Positions 37,332-47,231 of a DNA stretch of 64,000 nt are shown piece by piece (the first letter of the stretch is position 1; each line of letters begins with the position of its first letter). Made by a program: the position numbers and the translations under genes. The notes under the pieces are model-generated. The model was not told where the DNA came from, did not search any database, and saw nothing but the letters and a program-made list of their open reading frames with translations. Origin of the DNA: a virus; IMG/VR virus record IMGVR_UViG_3300024999_000086, positions 1-64,000 of that record. The stretch is one strand, 5' to 3'.

Positions 37332-40300
37332 TGACAACCTCCCGCTCTGGCCACTCATATTTCTTACAGGACCCAAAGTTCGGCCCGACTTCCGGGGTAC
37401 TCTCTGTAGGAATCTCCATCCCGTCATAAGGCTGGCACACACACTCATGGAGAATCGGAACGACAACGCCGACGTCTTCCTTATGGATCCTTGTGACAAT
37501 CTCATCATGTACTGAGGTCACCGACGAACATCGATACTTGAAAAACACCTCTGAACGCCACATAGCTGCCATGATTAACTTTGTTTGTTCAGCGGCACTA
37601 CCTTGAATTTTGAAACTCCACGCCCACCGGCCGGCCTTGGCTCTGTAGAATTTGTCATTCGTTGAGAACGGGACATGAAGGTGTCGGCGCCCTCCGAGAA
37701 ACGTCAACGAGTACTTCTGCTTCTCGCATTCAGCGATGTATTTTTCGACCGCTGGCATCAGTCCTGGGAACGCCGCAGCTTTGGCGTCCATGAATGCCTG
37801 AGCCTCTTCTTCCGGAACACAGAGCATGTTGCCCAACTTCTTCGCCATGCAGAGATATGACGTGGAGAAGTTGGTCTCTTTGCCTTGGTGTCGGATTCGA
37901 CTCGCAAGCGGATCCTTAGCTTCGACAGCTGCCTCAAAAGCTTCATAAGTTTCCCAGTTCTGACCTTTCTTCTGGTCTATCCCAAACCCAGTCAGAGAAT
38001 GCAGGTCTTTCTTAACATCCCCGAGATAGCAAGAGAGAAAGTTTGGGTCCTGGCTCGCCCAAGCTTGTAAACGAAGCTCCTGCCCAGAGATATCCTGAGT
38101 ACACAGAACATGATTCTCGTCGCCCGCGGTAACCATTTCTCTAAGCTCGCGACCTTTCTTCTTGGGCATTTGAGCCAGGTTGGGCGCCCCATGGGAGAAA
38201 CGTCTTGTTGACGTCGACGACTGATTGAGGTGGTGGTGAAGCTTGCCGTCTTTCCAGTGTACAAGTACTGGATACCGTTCATAAAATAAGCTAAAGCGGG
38301 TGATGATCTTCTTCAACTCCAAGAGCGTCTTAAAGGCGTCTTCGTACTGCCCGACGTCACCAAAGGCAATGGCGTTCTTGATGGCCTCTTCGTCGGTCGA
38401 AGGTGTGCCGCCTTTACCTTCTTTGCGCATCTTGTCCGTGGGTTTGTTCCTGATCCGGATAGGCATATTCAGGGCGTCGTACATCAGCCGAGTGGCGTCC
38501 ATCGGGCTGCCGGGGTTGAAGACAGGGTCGGGCACCCACCGGGCCTCGTACTCAGCGTTGACCTTGTCCAGGTCGCCGGAGGCAATAGCCTCGGCCAAAG
38601 GCTCTTCAGTGAAGAACTTCGCCAACTCTTCCAGCTTCCGAGCTTGGCACTTGAATGGCTCGCCGTAGAGAACACCGTACATCCTCTTGATCTGGACGCC
38701 GTTGAGTTCGGTCAAGGCGTCGAAGTAGGTTCCCGGCCACCTGTGGACCTCGACGTTGACCTTGCCGTCAGGAGTTCTGATGTTGGTCTTCCACTCCAGA
38801 TCCATCAGGAACTGCCGGAACTTCCACCAGTGTTGATTGTAGGCTTCCTGGTCCCGGGCGGAAAGTTCTTCAACTTTGTCAAGGTCGCAGTCGACGCCGC
38901 GGTGCATAGCCAGGGCAGCAGTGTATTGGCAGTCCTGCTCGACTTCGACGAAGACGTCCAAAGTACGTTCATACTCCATTATGGCCGTGAACAAGTTCCA
39001 CAATGCGTCCGTACAGAGGGTGTCGTCAAGGCCGTAATTGAGGACCTCCTGCCCGGTTACTTCAAACATGCCGGACTTGCCGGCCAGGGTCTCTTCGTAA
39101 GTCAACTGGGTGTAATGTAACCACTTTTTCGACAGTGACTTCAGGCCGGTGATCGGCGTGTTCTCATCTACGTAGTTGGCAGCAATCTTGGTGTCATGAA
39201 CATTCGGGAGAAATCCGTGATCGCCAAAGGTCTGATCTTCGCCGAACTCCCGGAACAGCACAGGCAACTCGAATCCCCCAGCCCGATGGCAAAGTATTGG
39301 GGTCGTCTTCGGGATCCATCTGAGGACCTCCTTCAGGTCGTCAAGCAGGACGTTGTCCGTGTCCTTGTGCCGGATCGGGAAATAAAAACTGTGGGGCCCG
39401 GCCGTCAAACCGCAGCCGGCGAGTTCAGAGCCGAAGACGTCGATCTTCTCACCGTTCTTTGCCAACCACTCTTTCGACTCCGGCGGGGTGTCGGTCTCGA
39501 TGTCGAGCGCGACGTGCTGTGCAGACTCCAGGGCCTGGCGAATCGTCGCGGCCCTGGTCTCGATGTTGCTGTCGGTAATCAGTCGACGAGACGGCCACCA
39601 CTTCTCCATGCCCTCCTCAAACCGAAGCTTCTGCACACCACCTTCCCACTTGATTCTGTGTGCCGGCACGTGCTGAAAAGAGAACAACGCCCAGGCCGTG
39701 TACGCCGTCTGCATGTCGTCAAGGATCAACTGCAGGCATGGCAGGTCAGCAACGTCTTCCTCCAGCCGGTGCAGTTCGTCATTCTCGAGCAACTCAGCCA
39801 TCATGTCCAAGCCCTCGGCGCCAAAGGCCTCGATCAGCTTCATAAACTTCTGCGGGCCAAACCCCTTCACCGAGGGGACGTTGTCAGATTGATCGCCCTT
39901 GACCAGGACCTTCCAGACCTTGATGTGGTTGGGCTCGATCAATCCGGAGGGGTGAGGAGGGTTGAGTTGGCCCTCAAGAAAGATGTCGCCGTCAAGGCAC
40001 TGGAGGTCCCGGTCCCGCGTCCAGATAATCGTGTGCCGGAACCTGTTTGAAATCTCGGCGACTAAGTCGTCAGCCTCGTAGCCTTCCTTGGGCGTGGCTA
40101 CGATTCCACCGAAGTCCTTGATCAGGGCTTCAGCCTTTGCCATCGCCGCGGAGTACGCCGCATACCACTCCGGCGGCCGGGGCTCACGGTTGGCTTTGTA
40201 TTCGGGATAGATCTTGATCCTGTTGCCGCGGGAGTTCACCGGGTCCTTGACAAAGATCACGTCGGCCGGGCTGAACTTCAGATCCGTCAACGTCTTGACC

Positions 40301-40473
40301 AGCGTCCCTTTAAACGTGTCGTAGATGTCGGCGTCGGTCTGGACGTAGTACTTGCGGCCCTCAAAGACGATCTCAGTCTCGTCTTCTTCGTGACGAACGT
40401 ATGCGCAGGCAGTCATAATCGACGAGGCGTCGATCACGAGTCGGGCCTTGTGCACTCCGGGAAGGTCAAGCAT
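37324..40473 (-). CDS. polA: Family A DNA polymerase with 5'-3' and 3'-5' exonuclease domains
   Basis: YKANR, EADD, GDQSDN (5' exo); DIET, YGLDD (3' exo); motifs DISGQELR, R..GK..NF...Y, HDEI. Confidence 0.92.
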   Translation of the reverse strand: MLDLPGVHKARLVIDASSIMTACAYVRHEEDETEIVFEGRKYYVQTDADIYDTFKGTLVKTLTDLKFSPADVIFVKDPVNSRGNRIKIYPEYKANREPRPPEWYAAYSAAMAKAEALIKDFGGIVATPKEGYEADDLVAEISNRFRHTIIWTRDRDLQCLDGDIFLEGQLNPPHPSGLIEPNHIKVWKVLVKGDQSDNVPSVKGFGPQKFMKLIEAFGAEGLDMMAELLENDELHRLEEDVADLPCLQLILDDMQTAYTAWALFSFQHVPAHRIKWEGGVQKLRFEEGMEKWWPSRRLITDSNIETRAATIRQALESAQHVALDIETDTPPESKEWLAKNGEKIDVFGSELAGCGLTAGPHSFYFPIRHKDTDNVLLDDLKEVLRWIPKTTPILCHRAGGFELPVLFREFGEDQTFGDHGFLPNVHDTKIAANYVDENTPITGLKSLSKKWLHYTQLTYEETLAGKSGMFEVTGQEVLNYGLDDTLCTDALWNLFTAIMEYERTLDVFVEVEQDCQYTAALAMHRGVDCDLDKVEELSARDQEAYNQHWWKFRQFLMDLEWKTNIRTPDGKVNVEVHRWPGTYFDALTELNGVQIKRMYGVLYGEPFKCQARKLEELAKFFTEEPLAEAIASGDLDKVNAEYEARWVPDPVFNPGSPMDATRLMYDALNMPIRIRNKPTDKMRKEGKGGTPSTDEEAIKNAIAFGDVGQYEDAFKTLLELKKIITRFSLFYERYPVLVHWKDGKLHHHLNQSSTSTRRFSHGAPNLAQMPKKKGRELREMVTAGDENHVLCTQDISGQELRLQAWASQDPNFLSCYLGDVKKDLHSLTGFGIDQKKGQNWETYEAFEAAVEAKDPLASRIRHQGKETNFSTSYLCMAKKLGNMLCVPEEEAQAFMDAKAAAFPGLMPAVEKYIAECEKQKYSLTFLGGRRHLHVPFSTNDKFYRAKAGRWAWSFKIQGSAAEQTKLIMAAMWRSEVFFKYRCSSVTSVHDEIVTRIHKEDVGVVVPILHECVCQPYDGMEIPTESTPEVGPNFGSCKKYEWPEREVVNG

Positions 40474-41114
40474 TTTCGAGGATCTCCAAGGCATCCTTAA
40501 TCGTTGTCGAAATGAAAAAGTCCTCATCATTCCAGCGCACCGGGATGCTCATCTTAGGGCAGCGCAATTCACTGCACATTTTTCCGATCATTTCTTGAGC
40601 TTGTTTGAGCCTCTCGGTTAGGGGGATCTCCCTCACTTTGGCCTCAAGCTCTGCTTTTCGAGCCTCACCAACTTTCATCACTCAGCCTCCTCAGCTTCGA
40701 CAGACAGCCAAGCCCCCTGGGCATAGACTACAAAGGGTGAGGCATCATTTTTTCGTTTATAAAACAGCAGGCTGCCCTCAGCATCAATCTCCAGTACGGT
40801 GGCTTCGATTGTTCTGTAGCTATTACCAGTTCGCCCCATCAACAGGGCAGAAAAAGTTACCAGATATCTATTCATCAGCGGCTCCTCCGAGAATCCTTAC
40901 ACACGAAATCGTCCAAAATCCTGAATGCTTCGTCGAGTCTTGGGTCAATTTTCTGTTGCCGAATATGTCTCATCTCGTAGTTTATACTAGCAAGAACGCA
41001 GGCTTCCCTCAATTCTGAGGGAGAAAAATGGGCTCTCTCAATAAGTTGTTCCAAAGTATTGACCAAGTTATGATACTCAGGGTCATTCATGTATTTTTCT
41101 TTCGGTGTTTTCAT
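40466..41114 (-). CDS. Three small hypothetical genes (40466-40681, 40678-40875, 40875-41114)
   Basis: Translationally coupled, RBS present. Confidence 0.6.
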
Positions 41115-41141
41115 CTGTTTCTCCTCTCAAAAGTAAAAGCT

Positions 41142-41161
41142 GGAGCCCCCAAGAGGGCTCC
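41142..41161 (-). terminator. Probable terminator hairpin
   Basis: GGAGCCC/GGGCTCC stem followed by AGCTTTTACTTTT on the minus strand. Confidence 0.55.
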
Positions 41162-41195
41162 GTAACTCCTTCCACACATGGTGAATGAGCTAAAA

Positions 41196-41259
41196 TTGGG
41201 CGGGCAGGATTCGAACCTGCGCCTGCTAGGCCTAGCTGCTCTCCTTGAGCTACCGCCCA
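41196..41259 (-). ncRNA. tRNA-like RNA lacking an anticodon loop (64 nt)
   Basis: Acceptor TGGGCGG/CCGCCCA, D arm GCTC/GAGC, T arm GCAGG-TTCGAAT-CCTGC; anticodon arm GCTAG-GC-CTAGC. Confidence 0.75.
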
Positions 41260-41277
41260 ACGGTTAAAGATTAAAGT

Positions 41278-42114
41278 TTATTCAAAGTTGTAGCAGGAGA
41301 ACGTGTTGCCACTGTAGGTCTTGACGACGACGTTGGCAGTGACGACCCGCATATCTTCCGGGTTCATCCGCCCCATCTTGATCTGGACCGCGGCCTGGAC
41401 CTTGAAGCCGTTCCAGGCCTTGACCGACTCCGGCGACAAGGACAACATCGCCAGCTTGTTCATCGCCGGGCTGTCGTCCTGGAGCTTCTCGGCGCTGAGG
41501 ACGATACCAAAGAGCTCGATGTACTTCTTGATTGCGGCCTTGTCGTAGCCGGCTTCCTGAGCTTCCTTGAGCGCCTGCTGCAGAGTCATCGACCCGTCGG
41601 TACACATTTCGCCGTCGTAGGAGAATTTCAAATACTCCTTGGCTTCCTCATCGTTCGATCCCGGGGCCATCATGTAGGTGTAGTTCCAGGACACCGGTTC
41701 GATCTGGATCCAAGACCCGACCGGTTTCTTGTCCCCGTCCATAACCTGGCCGTTGCTGGCGGTATACCGCGGGATACTGCCGAAGGTCAACTCGCCCGGA
41801 GGGATGTTACCTTCGAGGGAATCCAACGGGGATACCAGGCCCAAGCCACCGGACGTTGCCGGCGGCTTCGCAGCCGGCCGAGCAGCAACAGCAGTCTCGA
41901 CGACGGGCTCGACCTTGGAATCCTCTGGAAGCAGGACCTCGGGAGTGACTTCCTTTACAGGCTCGGACGTTGGCACTGCTGCCGACGGCGAGGCACCTTT
42001 CCGCAGCCGAGTATTGGGCTTGCCGGTGGGGGTGTCAGTCGCCAGAGGGACGTCGGGCTCGGCGTTGGTGTCATCAGCAGGGGGCGGGACAGGGGTGTTT
42101 CTTTTCAAAGCCAT
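41278..42114 (-). CDS. Putative ssDNA-binding/recombination protein
   Basis: Disordered Pro-rich N-terminus plus beta-rich core; own strong promoter; position between primase and polymerase (inference). Confidence 0.45.
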   Translation of the reverse strand: MALKRNTPVPPPADDTNAEPDVPLATDTPTGKPNTRLRKGASPSAAVPTSEPVKEVTPEVLLPEDSKVEPVVETAVAARPAAKPPATSGGLGLVSPLDSLEGNIPPGELTFGSIPRYTASNGQVMDGDKKPVGSWIQIEPVSWNYTYMMAPGSNDEEAKEYLKFSYDGEMCTDGSMTLQQALKEAQEAGYDKAAIKKYIELFGIVLSAEKLQDDSPAMNKLAMLSLSPESVKAWNGFKVQAAVQIKMGRMNPEDMRVVTANVVVKTYSGNTFSCYNFE

Positions 42115-42170
42115 TTTCTTACCTCATTTTCATTTTGTTAATCAGAATCAAACGCATCATCATTATCAGT

Positions 42171-42199
42171 TTTATATTAGCTTTTACTGTCTAAGTCAA
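42171..42199 (-). promoter_or_regulatory. Sigma70-like promoter
   Basis: TTGACT-17-TATAAA. Confidence 0.7.
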
Positions 42200-42222
42200 G
42201 TGTTTTTCAATCACCTCCTCAA

Positions 42223-44904
42223 TTAATTGTGACCAATCAGTTTGATCCCTTCAAAGGACCAATCCCCTTTATGTTTGACCATGCTGTACCGCTTGCACAT
42301 GGCTTCAGTGAACGACTGCTTCTGGATTTGCCGGTTGTTGGTCCGGGTACACCACTCGCTGTAGGCCTGGAACACGACGTCGCGGCTGACGAAAGTATTA
42401 GGAATGTGCAGGACGTAGTCCTCGTCAGAGACAAAACCTGTAACAGGGTTGATCCGGATCTGCCACTGATCCATTATCCGATTGTGGGTCTGGGTATGAG
42501 TGAAGTGATTCTGTTCCAGAAGCCGGGCAGCACCCTCCAGCGCCCAGTTTAATATCCCGGGGCCCTCGGTCTCGGCGATGACCCGGCCGTAATCACTGAC
42601 CCGGTCCTTCTCGCTGATCACGGAGTCGAACCCAAGAAATAGCCATCGGCGAAGCATGCCCTCGGAAGCGTCGTCGGAGTCGATAAAGTAGTTGGAGGAG
42701 AAAATCTGGGAGCAGATCGGGATGAACGAGAACGGCGGCTCATACAGGCGCCGGGCGGAAACGAGTGAGCTGTCAACGATCTGTTTGAAAATATCCCCAG
42801 GAATCTTTCTGTTTGCCGGCAGCTCCGGCACGAGGTTGAGCAACTTCCCGGCCAACGTCGCCCGGTAGGCCCCCTCTTTAAGATCAAAGGGAGAGATCAC
42901 GCAGACATAATCCTCAGGGACGATGTGCCGGATAATATTGAACATAACGCCCTTGCCGTTGGCGCCCGGCCCTTTGAACAGAACCGCCTTGTGAAATTGG
43001 TAGTTCAGGATCCCAAATAAGATCGCACCGAAGATCTCCTGCATCAAGGGGATCTGCGTCGGGTCATTTTGAAACGCCCATTGCAGGAACCCGTCAAACA
43101 TCTGAATCGAGCACTTGGGGTCAGCGTCGAACTTGAACATGTGCCGGATCTTGTACTTGGAGTCGTGCTTGACCTCGTTGATGTTCTTACCCTCAATCAC
43201 ATAACAGGCAGAGGGGGTGGCGAAACAGGGTTGATGATTGATAAAGAACGATTCATCCCTGAGTTTATCATAAATGTGAGAAGCAATTGCCTTGTAATCC
43301 TGCTTCCGAGAGCACCTGGCGACCCCGTCAAACTTGGCGACCATCAACTGCTGCACGGTGTTGAGGTCCAGCCCCTCCCAGACGCATTTCCCGTTATACT
43401 GGTAGACCTCGCCTTCGGCGCCGACGGCGTTCTTGGGCAGTTGCTTGATATAGAGTTCAGCAATCTGGTCGTGAGTGAGATCTTCGTCGTCGTCAGGAGG
43501 AACAAGACCGGCAAGGTAGCCGTTCTCACCAGCCTTGTTCTTTTGCTCTGCAGCCTCCTTTTCCGCTTTCTTGAACTTGCTCAGGTCCTTGCGCAGGATC
43601 GTCGCACTGACGCCCAGAGCGACCTTCAGCTTGTCCAAGAGTTTCGCCTCGGCCACCGCGGAGTCTGCCGCGGACGTCACCATCCGCAACCAGTTCTCCT
43701 CGATCTCGGCGTCCGAGGCATTCTTCAGCCAGTTGTCAAACGTCTCATCATCGTGTTTGAGCCTGAACGTCCGGCCACCATGAGCAAACGAATTGCAAAT
43801 GATGCTGCCGTCTTCGTTGACGAAAATCTTGGCCTTTGACTTACCGTACTCCGGTTCCAACGGGTCCCGGAATGACATCCCGACATACGACTGAGGGTCG
43901 TTGAGGATATCCTTGACGGCGACGTAGTCGTCTTCGTCGGTCTGGAGCAAGTCCTGTGACAGAAGAAGGCCTTCGTACCGACCGTTGATAATCTTCTTGG
44001 CCGCAGGCATCGCCAGTCCTCCGGCTTTTGCCAACGACTCTGACTGCTTCTGGATGTAGATGCTCCTGACTTTGGCAATCTCATTACTGAGTTCGGCCTT
44101 CTTCTTAGCAATCAGAGATTTGACCGGCGCCAAGAAACTCGGATTGAGGATCTCGACCTTCCGCAAGTCGATTGTCTTCCCCGGGTAGAACTCTGTCTTC
44201 GGCAACCTCTGCGTCAGGCCCGACGTCAATTGGGCGCCGGCCTCAAAGACAAGCCGCTCGGGAGAGAATACCGCGGTATCGAATATCACCCGCTCCAGGG
44301 CAGTGCCGGCTGCCGAGATCATGATCCAGCCCAACTCCTTGAACCAGCACTCGCACTTCAAGGTGGTGATGAAAGCCTCGAGCCCGTCAGGGTGCTGGCA
44401 GGGAACGTAGACGTGTTGCCCGGTCAGACCTGTGAGTTCCTTCTCCCTGTCGTAGATGAACGACGATGACGACGGGCGCCACAGCATCGCCGCGTCACTC
44501 AGCGCCGGATGCAACGCCCTGAGCTTGGCGATCAGACCCTCTTTAGACAAAGGTTGTTTCTCCGGCGGGGGGTCATAATCGAAGTAGATCATGAACTCGC
44601 TGGCGAACTTGAACTCGCCTTTTGTCCTAGTAATGGCCCCGGGGTGCTTATCCTGCATCCCGGCAGCCACCAATTCTCCACTCGAAACCGACGGCACTCC
44701 CAACGTTATGGCCTGGTTCAACGCCAGGCCATCCAAGATCCCCGCAACATCCTCGAAGTCGACGTCAACGCGCTTGACGGAACCCTCCGTCAATTTGCAC
44801 TTGCTTGAGTCTTTCTTCAGTGCTCCTTCGGCTGTCAGCGAGAACTCTTTTGTCAGGATGCCTTGGTTTTTCGTGACAAGCGAAAAACTTATTGCACCTG
44901 ACAT
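42223..44904 (-). CDS. Primase-helicase, P4/D5 family (SF3)
   Basis: Walker A GPGANGKG, GKLLN, ARRLY, RRWL; C-terminal winged helix. Confidence 0.9.
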   Translation of the reverse strand: MSGAISFSLVTKNQGILTKEFSLTAEGALKKDSSKCKLTEGSVKRVDVDFEDVAGILDGLALNQAITLGVPSVSSGELVAAGMQDKHPGAITRTKGEFKFASEFMIYFDYDPPPEKQPLSKEGLIAKLRALHPALSDAAMLWRPSSSSFIYDREKELTGLTGQHVYVPCQHPDGLEAFITTLKCECWFKELGWIMISAAGTALERVIFDTAVFSPERLVFEAGAQLTSGLTQRLPKTEFYPGKTIDLRKVEILNPSFLAPVKSLIAKKKAELSNEIAKVRSIYIQKQSESLAKAGGLAMPAAKKIINGRYEGLLLSQDLLQTDEDDYVAVKDILNDPQSYVGMSFRDPLEPEYGKSKAKIFVNEDGSIICNSFAHGGRTFRLKHDDETFDNWLKNASDAEIEENWLRMVTSAADSAVAEAKLLDKLKVALGVSATILRKDLSKFKKAEKEAAEQKNKAGENGYLAGLVPPDDDEDLTHDQIAELYIKQLPKNAVGAEGEVYQYNGKCVWEGLDLNTVQQLMVAKFDGVARCSRKQDYKAIASHIYDKLRDESFFINHQPCFATPSACYVIEGKNINEVKHDSKYKIRHMFKFDADPKCSIQMFDGFLQWAFQNDPTQIPLMQEIFGAILFGILNYQFHKAVLFKGPGANGKGVMFNIIRHIVPEDYVCVISPFDLKEGAYRATLAGKLLNLVPELPANRKIPGDIFKQIVDSSLVSARRLYEPPFSFIPICSQIFSSNYFIDSDDASEGMLRRWLFLGFDSVISEKDRVSDYGRVIAETEGPGILNWALEGAARLLEQNHFTHTQTHNRIMDQWQIRINPVTGFVSDEDYVLHIPNTFVSRDVVFQAYSEWCTRTNNRQIQKQSFTEAMCKRYSMVKHKGDWSFEGIKLIGHN

Positions 44905-45101
44905 TCCCCGGTCTCCTTAACCCAGTCTTCAAAATTGCCCACGGCACCGCCGGTAGCCTTCTTGATCTCAATCAGTACAGGAACTTCAGGAACTCGGGTT
45001 AGGTTACACCAACGAAAGACAGTCACCCGGGATTTCCCGAGCTTCCGTCCGAACTCTGATTTAGAAATATCCTGCGATTGCAGATACTCGGAAAGTCTCA
45101 C
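44889..45101 (-). CDS. Cro/CI-like HTH regulator
   Basis: SKSEFGRKLGKSRVTVFRW...R.P...IKKATGGAV. Confidence 0.8.
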   Translation of the reverse strand: MRLSEYLQSQDISKSEFGRKLGKSRVTVFRWCNLTRVPEVPVLIEIKKATGGAVGNFEDWVKETGECQVQ

Positions 45102-45143
45102 GGGTGGCCACCTTTTGAAGAGATTTATGGAGCGAGATGATTT

Positions 45144-45173
45144 ATTCTAGGGGAATTGATACCATAAAGTCAA
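45144..45173 (-). promoter_or_regulatory. Sigma70-like promoter for cro-primase
   Basis: TTGACT-18-TAGAAT. Confidence 0.65.
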
Positions 45174-45176
45174 CAG

Positions 45177-46347
45177 CTATTTCTGATTTTTTAAATAGCT
45201 GGGTTTCCCCGAGTACTTAGCCAATGCTTTGTTCGCTTTCTGGGCGATACGGCGCAGCTGAGCGACAAATCCCTCTGGAGACAGCAGCAGGTGGTGCGCA
45301 TTATGAAGGGCGATGTGGTGCTCAAAGGCATCATAGACCCGGCGCATGACCTCTTTATCCTGCAAGACAGCCATCAACCCGGGCTTTGACAGGAGAAAGT
45401 TCCGGACCAAGGCCTCCTCAGAGGCCCCCTCGTCGGCTGACATCACCATGTGGGTCGTCAAGAACATCCTGATTGCACGTTCCTTCGTCTTGGGGTCCTT
45501 GGTGGAGATGAACTCATCTTTACATTGCCGGTTGATCTCGTCCAACCTGTCTGAAGACGTTTCTATCTCTGCCGGGAGGTCCTTGTCAAACGGAATCAAG
45601 TCTGTGTTATTGTTTGCCATGTGGTTATCACTTTTTAAATTTTACATATAATCATACCGATGACTCTTACTGAGTTCATCCACTATTGCATCCCACTCCT
45701 TAGCTGGTAACGTTTCATAACATTTTTCACAAAGACGATCCGGAGGATCTCCAAAACTTGTCTCAATTTCTGATGTAGGCCGTTCTTGGTTACACGCAAC
45801 ACAGAAGAATGTGCTTCTTCCTGCCTTAGCACATGTATTACAAATACGCCGACCTTTGGAGTCAGTCGATGTTGATTCAATAACTACACCAGCCCTCTCA
45901 CATTGGGCTGCTATTGTGTTTCCTCCAGAATTATTAAAAACTCCAGAACCAACTATAGATTCACATCTTTTTAATGATGCTTCTGGAACTTCAATCATAG
46001 GTTTATTACACAATGGGCAACCGCCGACATCAAAAGCTAAAGTTATAAAGCCCCCTGTAATAACTGGTGTGTGTAAATACATAATTATCCCCCTAAGCTA
46101 CAGATTACTATTTTTCACGCTCTTCCATAACCTCGTTCAGTCTATCAATAGCAGTCTGAAATCTCATCATTGCGTAGATCTCGTCAGTATGAACGAGTTC
46201 CTCAGTAGAAAAAACAATCGTAGAGCCGTAGATCCCTTTGAGCAATTGGATCTGGACCTCACCACGAAAGATACCCACGGTCATTCTGCAGTCGTCACCG
46301 AAGTTATCCTGCAGCAGCTGCAAAGCATCAAACAAATCAAGTTTCAT
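45177..46347 (-). CDS. Hypothetical genes (45177-45620, 45642-46082 Cys-rich, 46108-46347)
   Basis: Co-oriented ORFs with RBS. Confidence 0.6.
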
Positions 46348-46362
46348 TATTGATCTCCCATT

Positions 46363-46899
46363 CTATTGTTCGTCATCCCCAATCTCCTTGATATCTCTCG
46401 TCAGCATCAACCTCTCGAGGTCCCCAAGTTCTTGACGTCGACGTTCTTCTTCGACGGAGAACTCCGGCCGGAAATTAGGCAGTCTGAATTCCAGATTATT
46501 ACGGTTTTCCTCGATCAATTGATTGGCCTCTTCCAGGGTGTTAACCGTGAGCTCGACGCCCTCAAAACACCAACGTCCCTTCGACCTCACCATCTCGTAA
46601 CGCTTCTGCAACTGCTGGACGAGAACCACTTTCGGCGGGGCATAGCTGGCGTGGTACGTTGAGTTGCACTCGTACCAGGCGTAAAAGATATTGATGAGGT
46701 CTTCCTGGGCCAAGACCGCGCCCGGCCGCTCCTTCAACATCAGCCCCATGAACATCTCAGTGATCTCGACATCCGTCCGAAATCCGTTACTGCCAATGGG
46801 CTGGATCAGGGCGTTGTGACTATGCAAAGCATACTCCTTGATGAACTTCTGGAGCCACTTGTTGAACGGCTCCTGCGCCAGGAGCTTGTCGAGGTTCAC
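46363..46899 (-). CDS. Protein with primase-type C-terminal winged-helix domain
   Basis: KRYEMVRSKGRWCFEGVEL matches primase KRYSMVKHKGDWSFEGIKL. Confidence 0.6.
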   Translation of the reverse strand: MNLDKLLAQEPFNKWLQKFIKEYALHSHNALIQPIGSNGFRTDVEITEMFMGLMLKERPGAVLAQEDLINIFYAWYECNSTYHASYAPPKVVLVQQLQKRYEMVRSKGRWCFEGVELTVNTLEEANQLIEENRNNLEFRLPNFRPEFSVEEERRRQELGDLERLMLTRDIKEIGDDEQ

Positions 46900-47084
46900 G
46901 CCCCCACCCTCACCTTGCTGGCTCTGTTCTCTTCCCGGGCACGGATCCCGAGCTTGACCAAGGTCGCAATCATGCTCGAGATCGTTCTGTCTTCCGCATC
47001 TGCCAATTCGCGCACCTGTTTATAGAGTTCCCGGTGCAACGACACTGACGACGTCACCCTTGTACTTTTTTCAAACCCAGACAT
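46896..47084 (-). CDS. Ribbon-helix-helix (Arc-like) regulator
   Basis: SVSLHRELYKQVRELADAEDRTISSMIATLV. Confidence 0.75.
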   Translation of the reverse strand: MSGFEKSTRVTSSVSLHRELYKQVRELADAEDRTISSMIATLVKLGIRAREENRASKVRVGA

Positions 47085-47231
47085 TTCAATCGTTCTCCGT
47101 AAAGCTTTGAGGTTGCTCTGAAATTTGCTGCAGACAATCGGCACACAAGGTGTCAAGGTCCTCGTCAACAGCCTTGATCCACTTCCCGCAGCCGGCGCAG
47201 CGGATCCTGGCGACACGCAGATCCTCGTCAC

